Assembly (NCBI GenBank): GCA_004431415.1
Contig: QPMI01000208.1
Coordinates: 80,400 to 144,399, forward strand
Direction of reading: 5' to 3'
DNA from: Cyanophora paradoxa CCMP329
Taxonomy: Eukaryota; Plantae; Glaucophyta
DNA length: 64,000 bases
Positions 1 through 11,300 of this stretch are shown piece by piece (the first letter of the stretch is position 1; every line of letters starts with the position of its first letter). The position numbers and the translations under genes were made by a program. The notes beneath the pieces are model-generated. The model did no database searches and was not told the DNA's origin. It worked only from the letters and a program-made list of their open reading frames with translations.

Positions 1-635
1 CGCCGCGTAGTCCTCGCCCTTCCCCAGCACGTTCCCGTCTGCCGCGCCCCGCCCCTGAGCCGCGGGGAGGCGGGCTGGCGGGCCCGGGTGCCGCACCCGC
101 ATCCTCCCACGCCGAGGTCCCGTCGGCGTTCAGCTGGAAGCGCTGCGCGACGTGGCCCATCTCCTTCAGCGTCTTCATCACGCCCGTGCCCGTGCGCATC
201 GACACCTCCCACTCCAGCGTCCGGCCGCCCATAATCACGGCGACCTTCTTGGGGTCTGCAAGAACCCGGCGCATGAGGCAGGCAACCGCGCAATTCCGAA
301 ACCGGCAGAAATACGCGGACCGGCGACCTTCGCCTCGACAACAACGCGGGCAACGCCGGCCTGCTTGGCGGGCCGGGCAGCCTTGGCGACACTGAAACGA
401 CGGGTGGTGAACTGAGAAGCGGGCGCAGCCTCGCCCTGGAAGAAAGTAGAAGACGAGCTAGCTGCGGCCAAACGCTGGCGCTGGAGCGGGGAGGCCGAAC
501 TGCGCTGCGCCGCCGCGAACTGAGCCGGCCTCACCTTCGAGCCTGCGCGCGGAATCGGGGATCGGCGAGGAGATTACATGGGATCGCGGGCAAGCCCTCA
601 CCGGTGACGGCGACGTTGAGCGCGAAGGCGTCCAT
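1..635 (-). CDS. ddl: D-alanine--D-alanine ligase with N-terminal plastid transit peptide (5' part; continues off the window)
   Basis: Spliced translation (first intron 601-543, second ~321-257) gives MDAFALNVAVTGSKVRPAQF...FSVAKAARPAKQAGVARVVVEAKVA-DPKKVAVIMGGRTLEWEVSMRTGTGVMKTLKEMGH. This matches the Ddl N-terminal motif K(V/I)AVxxGGxSxExEVSxxSG, preceded by an S/A/R-rich leader with Phe at position 4. Confidence 0.8.
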
Positions 636-701
636 GTTCAGCTGGCCTAGATGCGAGCCGCTGATCGTAGGGGGGTAGAGGCTGTTACGGGTTGAGGTGC
701 G

Positions 702-1599
702 ATGGCATGCACATCTTCCGAGGTCTTCACACGGGAAGCGCGTAGCGGCTACGAGGCGAAGCCGCACATCAAGACAATGGCAGGCGCGTAGAGCTCGGCC
801 TGGCGCGTTCGCCCTCCGCCGAGCGCCTCGCAGCGAGAGCGGCGGGAGCGATCGTTGCCTCTTGTGTGCTAGATCACGCGACGCGCGTGCTCAGCGTTGG
901 TTCAGGTGCTGCGCGTTCCTCGCGTGCTTGTCCGCGCGTCAGGCCCCGCAGGCCCTGGACTACTCGAGGAGCACCTGTCGCCGCATGTCAAGTCAATTAC
1001 AGGTGAAGCTCCCCATCAACTGGCTGCTGTTCTCCATCTAAGTTGATGTCGCCTGCAGGCGTCGATCCGTCGCTGGAGATGTGCGAGCGCTTCAAGGAGC
1101 GCCTTCCAGGCGCAGAATGCTTTGCCATGGAGCTGAAGGGCGAGGACGATGCCGCGCGCGTCGGCGGGCCATTCGACCTCGCCGTCGTTCATGCGTGCGC
1201 CGTTATCGGCAGTCGCCGAGTTGACTGTGACGGCGGTGCGCGATATCGATCAGGGGCGGGCCTGCAGGACCATGCACCACGTCAACAAGCCCGCGGTGGA
1301 GCCTATGCTTCGCGGCATCTTTGCGGCCTTGCGGCCTGGAGGCTCCATTGCAATTTCTGATCTCCTCTTGAGCGAGGAGTGCGTGCCGCCTTCAGGACAC
1401 GTATACGTAAGCTGAAAGCCACATATGCATCAGGTCTGCCCTCTTCCACTCGAATTTGACGACGGTCTCCTTCCCCGGGGGCTTCTCTCTCGGCACAATC
1501 CGCGGCATGCTGGAGAGCGCGGGTTTCACGGACGTGCGGGCGGGCCAGGCTTGGCGCGCCGCCCCAGCGCTAGCTCTGTCCCTCCGGTCCCTATACTAG
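702..1599 (+). CDS. Class I SAM-dependent methyltransferase (multi-exon; 3' end approximate)
   Basis: Exons give MACTSSEVFTREARSGYEAKPHIKTM..., motif I RVLSVGSGPG, ITGVDPSLEM, GPFDLAV, TMHHV, ALRPGGSIAISD and MLESAGFTDV. Confidence 0.75.
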
Positions 1600-2129
1600 T
1601 CTAATCCAGCACATGTACATGCATGCGCAGGTCGGTGGAGCGGGAGATCGAGGGCCGCGGCGCAGTGGAGTTCCCCTTTCTCCTCGCCACGGCCTGCAGG
1701 CCAAAAGCCAGCGCCCCGCCCGAGGCGTAGGAACCCGGCCTCTCGCTTGAAATGTGGAAATCGATAGCAGGCGGCGTGTGGCGGCGGCGTCCGCGGCACG
1801 ATAGCCATCACATGCGCAGACCCACAGGCCAGGCCGCAGCGGGAGAGCGGCGCCGCTTGCGCATGCGGCGGTTGACGTCGGGGCCGGGGGCTTGCAATTA
1901 AATATTGGGCCGGGGGCCGGGTACCGGCCGCGCATGCATATGCGCAGCTGAGCAGTGCATGACCGAGTTCGAGCTGCGAGAGCATTGAAGGTCGGCTGCG
2001 GCACTGCAGCTAGCGCTGCAGCTGAGCTCTGCAGCCTCTGCTGATGCACTGCAACGCAGCCTCCGCAGTGCCTCAGCGCCCCGAGCGATTTCACACGAGT
2101 CACGGTCGAGCCGAGCTCGAGCATCGGCC

Positions 2130-3716
2130 ATGAGGATCCTAGTGCTATGCTGCGGCAGTCGGTGCGCTGCCTGCTGGTACCGGCCGCGGTGCTGTGCTGT
2201 GGAAGTAGCTATAGGGAGTCCGACGCTGACGGTCGGGCGGTGCGCAGCGGGGACGTGCAGCCGTTCGTTGCGCTGGGCCTCGCGCTGAAGCGCCGTGGGA
2301 ACGACGTCATGCTGGTGCGCTCGTTTTCTCCCACGCATTCGCACGTACACGTACAAAGGACCGGCCGCGGATCGAGCAGGCGGCGCACCCCCCGTACAAG
2401 GATCTGGTCGTCAAGAACGGCCTACAGTTCGCGGATATCGGCACCGGAGGCGAGACGGCCCTCGCGGAGTGGCCAGAGGGGCACGCCCTGCAGGTCGCCG
2501 CGAGCCGGCGCCCACGCCCTGCCCCGCGCCCAGTGCCGGTGGAGCTGAGTCGAGCCTGCACTGCTTAGCACGCAGGAGCTTTGAAAATGGCGGCTGCGAG
2601 CAAGGCGTTCCTGTGGCGCCTCCTACGGGAGTGGTTCGAGGGCGCCCTCACCGCCGCCCGCTCCTTCCTGCCCGAGCACATTGTCCTCACGACGTTCGTG
2701 CGCTCGGCCGCTGTATGCGACTGAGGCGCACCCGCCGACTCCCACCTCAGCCCGCCTGGTTCGGCCCTAGCGTATGCGAGGCGGTCAAGGTGCGGGACTG
2801 CCCCCCCGCCTGACGGCCTCGGATCGACTCCGCACAGGCCCCTTTCTGCGCCGTCCACCTGCTGCCCCTGTGCGAGACCAGCGAGTTCGCCCCCCCCCTC
2901 GGCTTCGGCGACGCGCAGTGCTGGTTCGGCTTCATGGCCCTTATGTCTGTACCCCCGCCCCGCCTCCCCCCTCCCCCTGCCCCCCTTCCCCCTTCCGCCC
3001 CTCCCTCGTGTCCGACCCGTGTCGCGGGGCTGCACAGGAAGTGGCGCGTCATGACTTCGATGGCGTGGTCGTGCGCTTCTACCCCTCCCCTTCTCCCCTC
3101 CCCTCCCGTACCCCGCCACGCTCGCGCTCCCGCGTGGCTTACTGCAACCTCATTTGTTCCCAGCTTAATTTACCGCGACATCATCAACGAGCTCCGCGTC
3201 AAGGCGCGCGGCAGAGGCGGCACCCTCCCTTGCCTCGAGCTCTGGGCATCGTAACCGCGTAGCCGCGTACCCGTGCAGGCCGGACTGCAGAGGACGCACT
3301 CGAGCCCCGCCCACATCTACCGCGAGCGGCACATCCCCACCATTCACATGTCTGCTCTCTTGCCTTCCCGCCCGAAGCGCCGCGGACGCCGGGGCGAGAC
3401 GCCGAGGCGGGCGCGTGTGGGGTGTTGGGCAGGTACAGCCACGAGCTGGTGCGGAGGCCGCACGACTGGCGGGCCTTCGAGCACGTCGTCGGCGCCGCCT
3501 TCCTGCCCGAGAAGGACTTCGTACCCCCGCCCGCCCTCTCCCCCCTCGAGGAGGTGCGCGCACCGTGCCTCCCCCGCCCCCAGCTCGCTTCCCTCCCCCC
3601 CCTCCCCCCTCCGACTCGTCCGGCCAGTTCCTGAAGGCGGGGGAGCCGCCCGTGTACGTCGGCTTCGGGTCTATGCTGGGGACGCTGACGGAGGAGCGGG
3701 CGGGGCGGCTGCTGCG

Positions 3717-3751
<35 letters not shown>

Positions 3752-4423
3752 ACGGCATCCGGTGCCCCCGCGCCCCCGCTGCCTCCCCGCCGGGCTCCCG
3801 CAGAGCTGAGCGGCGCACGCCTCCTCGCCCCGCAGGTCGGTCCTGCACGTGGCGTCGACGGGGCGGCCGGCGGAGCTGCCGGAGGGCACCCCCGCCCTCC
3901 CGGCGGGCGTGCTGGTGCTGCGCGAGGCGTGCCCCCACTCCTGGCTCTTCCCCCGCTGCTCCCTCGTCGTCACCCACGGCGGTGCCGCCGCCGGGGCGCG
4001 CCTCGGGAGGCCAGCTTGACGTGCCCGGCAGGGGCGGGGACGACGCACGCGGCGCTGGCGGCGGGCAAGCCGCTCGTCGTCATCCCCAACGACTACACCG
4101 CCACCGACCAGGTGCCCCGCCCCCGCCCCCGGGCCGCTACGGGGAGCCGCGGCGGGGCCTCACGGGCGGGGCAGCCCTTCTGGGCGGGGTGCGTGGAGCG
4201 GGCGGGGGCGGGGGTGAGCCCGTGCGGGTTCAGGGGCCTCGGGGAGCGGGGGCAGCCGCTGGAGCGGGCCGTGCGGCGGCTGCTCGCCGAGGCGGGGCGC
4301 CCCGCCTGGGAGCGCGCCAAGGGCGCCGCCCAGGGGATCCACGGCGAGGGCGACGGGGCGGAGCGCGCGGCGGACCTCATCCTCGGCTACGCCGCCGAGG
4401 TCGCCGCTCGCGCCCACACCTGA
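2130..4423 (+). CDS. GT-B glycosyltransferase family 1 (sterol glucosyltransferase/UGT-like), multi-exon
   Basis: N-terminus MRILVLCCGSRGDVQPFVALGLALKRRGNDVML, then PPVYVGFGSM and the C-terminal signature PHSWLFPRCSLVVTHGGAGTTHAALAAGKPLVVIP...DQPFWA. Stop at 4421-4423. Confidence 0.85.
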
Positions 4424-4804
4424 CCATCATCCTTGATCCTCCGCCCGCTGCCCTCCTCGAGCTCCGGCCGCGTGCTTGTACAGAACTGCCGCAGCCCGGC
4501 AGTGCCCCACTGGCCCATAGACTCCCAGAAACGGGACCCTCCGAGCCTCTCTAGACGTAGGTCTCTCTCAGTGTCTAGATAGCCCCTTTTCTCATTTGCT
4601 CTTTCTCCGATTGATTGCGCCATCAGATCATGAGATGTCGATTCAACCATTTACGATTATGAAATCGCGGATGAGATGGGGGGCATAGAGGAGAATCTAC
4701 ATTGGAGGCTGCATAGCGAGAAACTAGGCGACTAGAAGGCCCCCCAAAAGAGGAGAAAAAGCATAAAGAACTGCGGGAATCGCGCCCCCGAGCCCCGGCC
4801 GGGG

Positions 4805-7800
4805 CTACGCGGGGGCGTGCTGCGCGCTGGCCCCCGGAATGGAGGCCGCGGCGACTGCCGGCCCGTCTGCCGGCGCCTTGATCACCTGCGGCGCAGCCGC
4901 CGCCGCGGAGGCGGCGGCCCCTGCGGCCGGCGCCGCCGCCTCGGCGGTCCGGCGGGCGCTAGCGGAGACCGGGGCGGAGGCAGGCGCCGCCGGCGGGTTG
5001 CTCCGCGGCGCGCGGGGCGCAGAGGCGGCGGGGCCCGTGGCCGGCGGCGGCGCGGCGCGGGCTGCGGCAGCAGCCTGGGCCGAGGCCGATGCGGCTGCGG
5101 CGGGGACGGAGGGCGGTGCGGGAGGGGGACGGGCCGGGCGGGGAGGCGGGGACGATGGCCGGGGGCGGGTTGAAGAGGGGGTTGGAGGCGGTGACGGCGT
5201 TGGAGGGGCGAGGAGCGGCAGCACACGGCTGCTCGTTGGCGAGCCCATTGGCGCCGCCACCCGCGCCCCGGGCCCGAGCCGGCCGCGGGGCGGGGCTGCC
5301 GCGGGGGCGCCGGCCGCGTGCGAGCCGGCGGCGGAGGCCGAGCGGGGAGGGCGGGGCGCTGGCCCGAGGCCGACCCGCTTGCGCGGTGCGTGGGCGAGAG
5401 GAGGACCGAGGCCGCGGGAGGCTCGGGCAAGGCCGCCTGCGCGGGCCCCGCCGCCGGCCCGCCGCCGGGGCGCAGCCGGAGCAGGGGCCGCAGGAACAGC
5501 GGCGGGCGCAGGGACCGGGCAGGGCGGGGGCGGGGGCGGGCGCGGGGGCGGGGCTGCGCCGGGAGCGGCAGCAGCCGAGGCAGCGGGGGCGGGGCGGGGC
5601 GGCGGCCTGGACGGGGGCGGGGCGGGGGGGAATCGGGGGCGGGGGCGGGGCGCTGGGGGCGGGGTGCTCCCCCTCGCGCCGGCCCTCCCGCTCCGAGGCC
5701 GGCTCGGAGCCGTCCCCCGGCTGCTGGTACAGGTATCTGCGCCCGCCCCGGTGAGCCCCCGCCGCGCGGAAAAGGGGCGAGAAGGAAATCAAAGGACCGG
5801 AGGAGGGCGCGCGAGGCCTGCGAGCGCCGGTCCGAGTCGGGCGGGGAGCGGCGCGGGGCCGGGGCCGGGGCGGGGGCCGGGGAGAGGAAGAAGCCGCCGC
5901 CCGGGGCGCGCAGGAGCTGCATGTCGCCGTGCAGCTGCGCGCCGCGCGCCAGGCCCACCCGCCACGCCGCGTACGGGTCCGACTCGTCCCCCGCGCGCTC
6001 CTCCTCTCCTCCCCCTCCTCCACCGCGTCCGCCGCGTACCCGTACGAGCCCAGTGCGTAGCCGTACCCCGCGGGGCGTACCAGCCGGCGAGCTGCCGGGG
6101 CCCGCCGCCGCCGTACGCGGCGATGGCGGCCGCCGCCTGCGCCCGCCGCGCCGCCCGCGCGCGCTCGCGCCGCTCGTAGAGCGCGGCAGCGGCGGAGGCG
6201 GAGGCGGCCTCAGCGGCGGCGGCGGCGGCGGCGCGGCCGTTGGCGCGGGGCCCGCCGTAGGCGTAGTAGGCGGCAGCGGCGGCGGCCTCGGCGTCGCGTT
6301 CGGCGTCGCCCTCGCTCCCCTCGCCCTCCTCCGCCTCCGCCTCGTCGTCGGCGGCGTGCGCGTGCCCGCCGGCCGCCCACAGCGCCTCCGAGTGGCACGC
6401 GCACGCGCACAGCTGGTCCCCCGCGCACTCGTACGCGCACTCGCAGTAGATCGGCATCGCCGCCCCCGCGTTCAGGTGCTGGCCCCCGCTCGCCTCCTCC
6501 TGCGCGGCCCCGGAGCCCGGCGGCGTCAGTCCGGCGGGGCGGGGCGCGCCGGGTGCTGGCTGAGAAGGGCCGGCGGACCTCGTCGGCGTCGGGGATCGCG
6601 GAGGGGAGGAGGCTCTCGTCGTAGCCGAAGCGGCTCGCGGCGGCGAGGCGGAGCGAGCGGCGCAGGGCGCGCCGGTAGGGCACGGTCAGCGCCGAGCCGG
6701 CCTCGCCCTCCCCGTACCCCTCGTCCGCGTACTCCTCGCCGCCCTCCTCGGCGCCGCTGTCGCCGGCGAGGAGCCGCTGGTGGTGCGCGGCGACGTGCGC
6801 CGCCGCGGCGGCGGCGATCCGCCGGCGCGTCAGCTCGCCCTCCTCCGCCGCCTCCGCGTCGCCCTCGCCGTAAGCCTCCTCCTCGCCCTCCTCGCCGTCC
6901 CCGCCGCCGTAGTGCAGCCGCTGCGCCGCGTAGGCCGCCGCCGCCGACACCGCGCCCCGCTGAGCCCGCCGCCGCTCCTCCTCCTCCTCGCCATCCTCTT
7001 CTCCCTCATCTTCTTCCTCTTCCCCGGCCGCTACGAGAGCCCCGGGCTGCGCGCGCGCGGGGGCGGGCGTCAGCGCCAGAACAGAGAAGAAGGAGCGAGA
7101 AAGGAGCGGGGGCGCGGCCGGCGCACCGGGAGGTGCGGGTAGAGGAGATGCGCGGCATGGAGGTGCTCGGCACGCTGCAAATAGCCGCCGCGCACGCGCT
7201 GCATCGCCAGCTCGAACTCCACCTCGGGCGCGCCTTCTCCCATCTCGTACCAGTACGCGTCCGCCGCCGCCTGCGCATGTCCCTGGTACATCTCGAGGCC
7301 GCCGCTGCCGTACAGCCAGTCACCCTGCTCCTGGAAACGGCAGTCTGCGGCGAGCGCGCCCGATTAGCTAAAGAAGGGGCGTGAAACGCGCGGGGTGAGC
7401 GTTTCCGCGCACTCGGGCACTCCATGATCCCCTTCGCGTTAAAAGCAGAGCCAACACAGTCAAGGTGGAACTTGTGTGCGCAAGCAAGAGTTGCCACGCC
7501 GCGAGTCGACGTTGAGCCTGGCACGACCGCCAGGATCTCATCCAGGCAAATGGAGCAGGTGTCATCGTGCCCCGCAGACGGTGCCGCGGACACGCTTGCC
7601 GCCGAGACGAGTCCAGCGGACAGCGGTCTGGTTCTGTGCTCTGAGGAGTTCGCGGCGGCGCCCGCAGCGCCCGCGCCGCCCGCGGCGCTCGACCCATGTC
7701 CAGCTATTCCTTGGGTCGAGGACGAAGCAGGGACCTGCAGGCTATTGCTCGCCGGCTCGTGATGCTGCCCCCTTGCTGACGGGGGCCTCGCAGAGCTCGC

Positions 7801-8115
7801 TCTCACGCTTGAGGATGCCGCGGGGGGAGGGGCTGAAGCCGACGAGGATGCCGCTGCCTGACCAGACGATGAGGAGGCCGTCGGCGGTCGGGGCGCGGCC
7901 GAAGAGGACGACGCCGACGCGGAGGAAGACGAAGACGGCAACAGCACGGGCTCAACGCGGAGCCTGGCCAAAGCTTCTCTGAGGTTGGGGGAAAGCACCG
8001 AGGCACTTAATGAAGCACTGTGGCCGGGATTGGTGGTCGCTAGGGCCTGCCTGCTGGAGAAGCTCGGCTGCCGCTGCTGCGCAGCTGGCGCTTCTCCTTC
8101 CCCAGGGGCGCTCAT
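4805..8115 (-). CDS. RING-H2 E3 ubiquitin ligase, RFI2-like, with long low-complexity tail (3' structure uncertain)
   Basis: CSICLDEI...LACAHKFHLDCVGSAFNAKGIMECP|NCRFQEQGDWLY, resembling the plant RFI2-type RING (HLDCIGSAFNxKGxMQCPNCR). A second Cys/His cluster CECAYECAGDQLCACACH lies near 6390-6445. Confidence 0.75.
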
Positions 8116-8191
8116 CGCGGCGCCGATGATGGCTTCAGCAAGCTCGCTGACCCCGCCTAAATTGCGTACTGGGACGGGTACCACTTCGAGA

Positions 8192-8255
8192 AGCTGAAGC
8201 TGCAAACTCGCAGCTGAAGCTGCAAACTCCTTCCCGCAGCTGAAGCTGCATACTC
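8192..8255. repeat. Three copies of AGCTGAAGCTGCA(A/T)ACTC in the divergent RING/P4-ATPase intergenic region
   Basis: Direct repeats at ~8192, ~8212 and ~8238. Confidence 0.8.
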
Positions 8256-8340
8256 GAGAAAGAACAAGAACACGCTCGTGGTATTGCAGAGGGCAGCCCC
8301 CGCACGCGAGATGCTCAGTCGTACCTAGCCGTCTGGAAAG

Positions 8341-11300
8341 ATGGTGGCACCAGGGGCCCCCTCGGGGGCCCCTTACAGTTTTTACATTAACAGTCCCTCC
8401 TCGAATGCATCGCTACCCTATAGGTTCCCGAAGAACAGGTTCGCCCTCCGTTCAACATCTTCTTGAGCGCCAGCGGCGCCGTTGACGCGCCCCGGCGCAG
8501 AATCTCGACCACAAAATACACGCTGCTCAGCTTCCTCCCCAAGAACTTGCTCCTGCAGTTCAAGAAAGCGTACAAGTGAGCCGCCTCGAGCGCTCGTGCT
8601 CCGCCTGCGCCGCCTGCTTCCTTCCTTCGCTGCAGCTGACGAATTGTGTTGTGACAGTCAATATTTCCTCCTCATTGTGCTCGCCCAGTTCCTGCCTGGC
8701 GTCTCCCCCGTCGACCCCGTGGTCAACATGCTGCCGCTAATCTTCGTGCTCGCTGTCACTGCAATAAAGGATGCCCTAGAGGATTACAGGCGCTACCGCG
8801 CCGATAAGGTGAGAAGTGCTTGCGGCGCCGCGCTCCGGGGATCAAAAGGCTCAGTGTCGTGCAGGTCACGAATGAAGCCGAGTACCTGGTGCTTCCCCGC
8901 GGCCAGCACCATCCAGGCTCGAAGCCGGAACATGTAGAGTGGACTCGGGTTCAAGCCCAGCGACTGCAGGTGCACCGCATCCGCCGCTCGCCACGCCCTC
9001 CCGTCTCAGCGCGCCTGCGCAGGTGGGCGACATCATCATGATAGAAAAGGAGCAGTTTCTTCCCGCGGATGTTCTGCTGCTGTCAACGGCGGATCCCGCG
9101 GGCACATGCTACGTTGAGACTGGGAACCTGGACGGGGAGTCGAATTTGAAGCAGATGCAGGCCGTCGCGGCCACGAACGAAGTCTTCCGCACGCCGGAAG
9201 CCTTCGCGACGGCCCGCGGTCGCGTTTTGTGCGCTCTTTCTTCGTTGGATTCCTTTTGCAGAGCCCTGACGCCCTTGCGCAGCTGCGACGAGCCGAACAA
9301 CTTGTTGTACCAGTTCAGCGGGCACCTTTGCCTGGAGAACGGCCTGAAACGCTCAAACAGCCTCGCCGCAAACCTGGGGACGCCGCTGTCGTCGGCGCGC
9401 AAGGCGGGGAAGGACCTGCCAATGACCGAGCAGCAGCTGCTGCTGCGGGGCGTTCGCGTCCGCAACACGCCCTGGGCCGCCGGCGTCGTCGTCTACACAG
9501 GCGCCGACACCAAGCTATCCCGCAACTCCCGCCTCCAGTGAGCCGCACCGCCCCTTCCTCTTCCGCTGCTTTTGCCAAGGGGCGCCCCGCAGCCCGCCGA
9601 TCAAGGTCGCGCACATGGAGCGGCAGATGAACCGCTACATCGTCTGGATTTTCATCGTGCAGGTAATTATATGCGTCGTCCTTGGTGCCTACTCGGGCAA
9701 CTGGCTGGCGGAGAACCGCTCCAAGTGAGCCGCGCTGGCGCCCCCGCGTCCGCCTTTCCACCTCCTGAGGCGCCGGTGCCCGAAGGGCGTGGTACCTCGC
9801 GGGGGGCGACAGCAACTCGCCGGCCGTCTTCGGGGTCCTCCAGGTCTGCCCGTACCCCCTCCGCGCCCCGCCCCCTCTCCGCGCCTGGCGCGAGCTTCCC
9901 GCCAGTGCATCACGTACTTCGTGCTCATCTGCCGCATCGTGCCGACCGCCCTCATCGTCTCCGCTGAGCTCGGTGCGGGCCGCCGGCGCCCCGCTGGCCG
10001 GCTCGCCTGACGGGGGCGGCAGTCCGGGTGGCCTCGGTGGCGTTCATGGAGTGGGACGTGCAGCTCGCGGGGGACCGGCGGCGCCCCTCGGAGACCCGCA
10101 TGCGCGTCAAGACCTCCAACCTCCTCGACGAGCTGCCCCGGGTCCCCCCCCCGCCCTCCCCTCCTCCCGCCCCCACGCCCCCTCTGAAGGCGGCCGGCGG
10201 GGCGCAGGTCGAGCACGTCTTCGCGGACAAGACGGGGACGCTGACGGAGAACCGGATGGTCTTCACGCGGGCCTGGGTGCCCCGCCCCGGGCGCTACTTC
10301 AGCGAGGCGGGCCCCGGGGGCCCGGGGTCGCTCTGGCGGGCCCTCTCCTCGGGCGAGAAGGGCGCCGACGCGGCGGCGGAGATGCTGCTCGCCATGGGCC
10401 TCTGCAACGCCGTCGTCCCCGACCCCAGCGCCAGCGCCCCCCACGAGCGCGCCGACGACGACTCGGGCGCCGAGGAGGAGGAGGAGGAGAAGGGCGGGCG
10501 CGCCGCTGCGCCGCCAGACGCTCCGGCGGGCCCCGCGGCGCCCGTCAGCATGAACCTGGAGGAGAGCCAGGAGTCGGGCCTGTCCGAGGGCGGGCCGCCC
10601 GTCAAGCTCATTCCCGCAGAGTCGAAGGCTGCGGGGCGCCTTTCGCCCCGCGGCGCCGCCGGCCCCGAGGAGCGGCCCGCGCCCCGCAAGCCGCTCAACG
10701 ACCCTCCCCGCGAGGGCCGCGAGGGGCCCGACCCCCCGACGCGTCCCCCCTCCGCCTACTCCCTCTACGCCCCCTCCACCGTCCCCGACACCGACGCCCT
10801 CGCCTCGGCCCCCTCGGCCCCCCCCGCCCTCGCCTCGGCCCCCTCGGCCCCCCCCGCCCGCAGCCCCGTACCCCCGCTCCCCGTCGCCAGCGCCCAGCGC
10901 TCGCCCCGGAGCTCCCCCCGCGCACGCGCCTCGGCCAGCCTACCCCCCATGTCTCCCCACTCGCTCGAGCCCATCCGCTGCCCCCCGCCCCTGCCGCTTA
11001 GCCTCGCCCCCGGGGGCCCCTCCCGCGGCCCTTCCCGCCCCGGATCGCCCCTCCACGCGGCGCCGGCGGCGCGGATGTCGCTGAGCGCAGAGCCGGCGGC
11101 GGGGCCGGCGCGTGCGGCGTCGGCGCAGCCGCCAGCGGCCTACAGCGGGCTCGTATACATGGGCCAGTCCCCGACGAGGTCGCCCTCGTCAAGGTTCGCC
11201 GCCCTCGCCCGTCCCGCGCGCCGCCGCCGGCGGCCGAGCGCGCGGCCGGCGCGCAGGCGGCGCGCACGAACGGCGTGACCCTCGTCGCCCGCTCCGCCGA

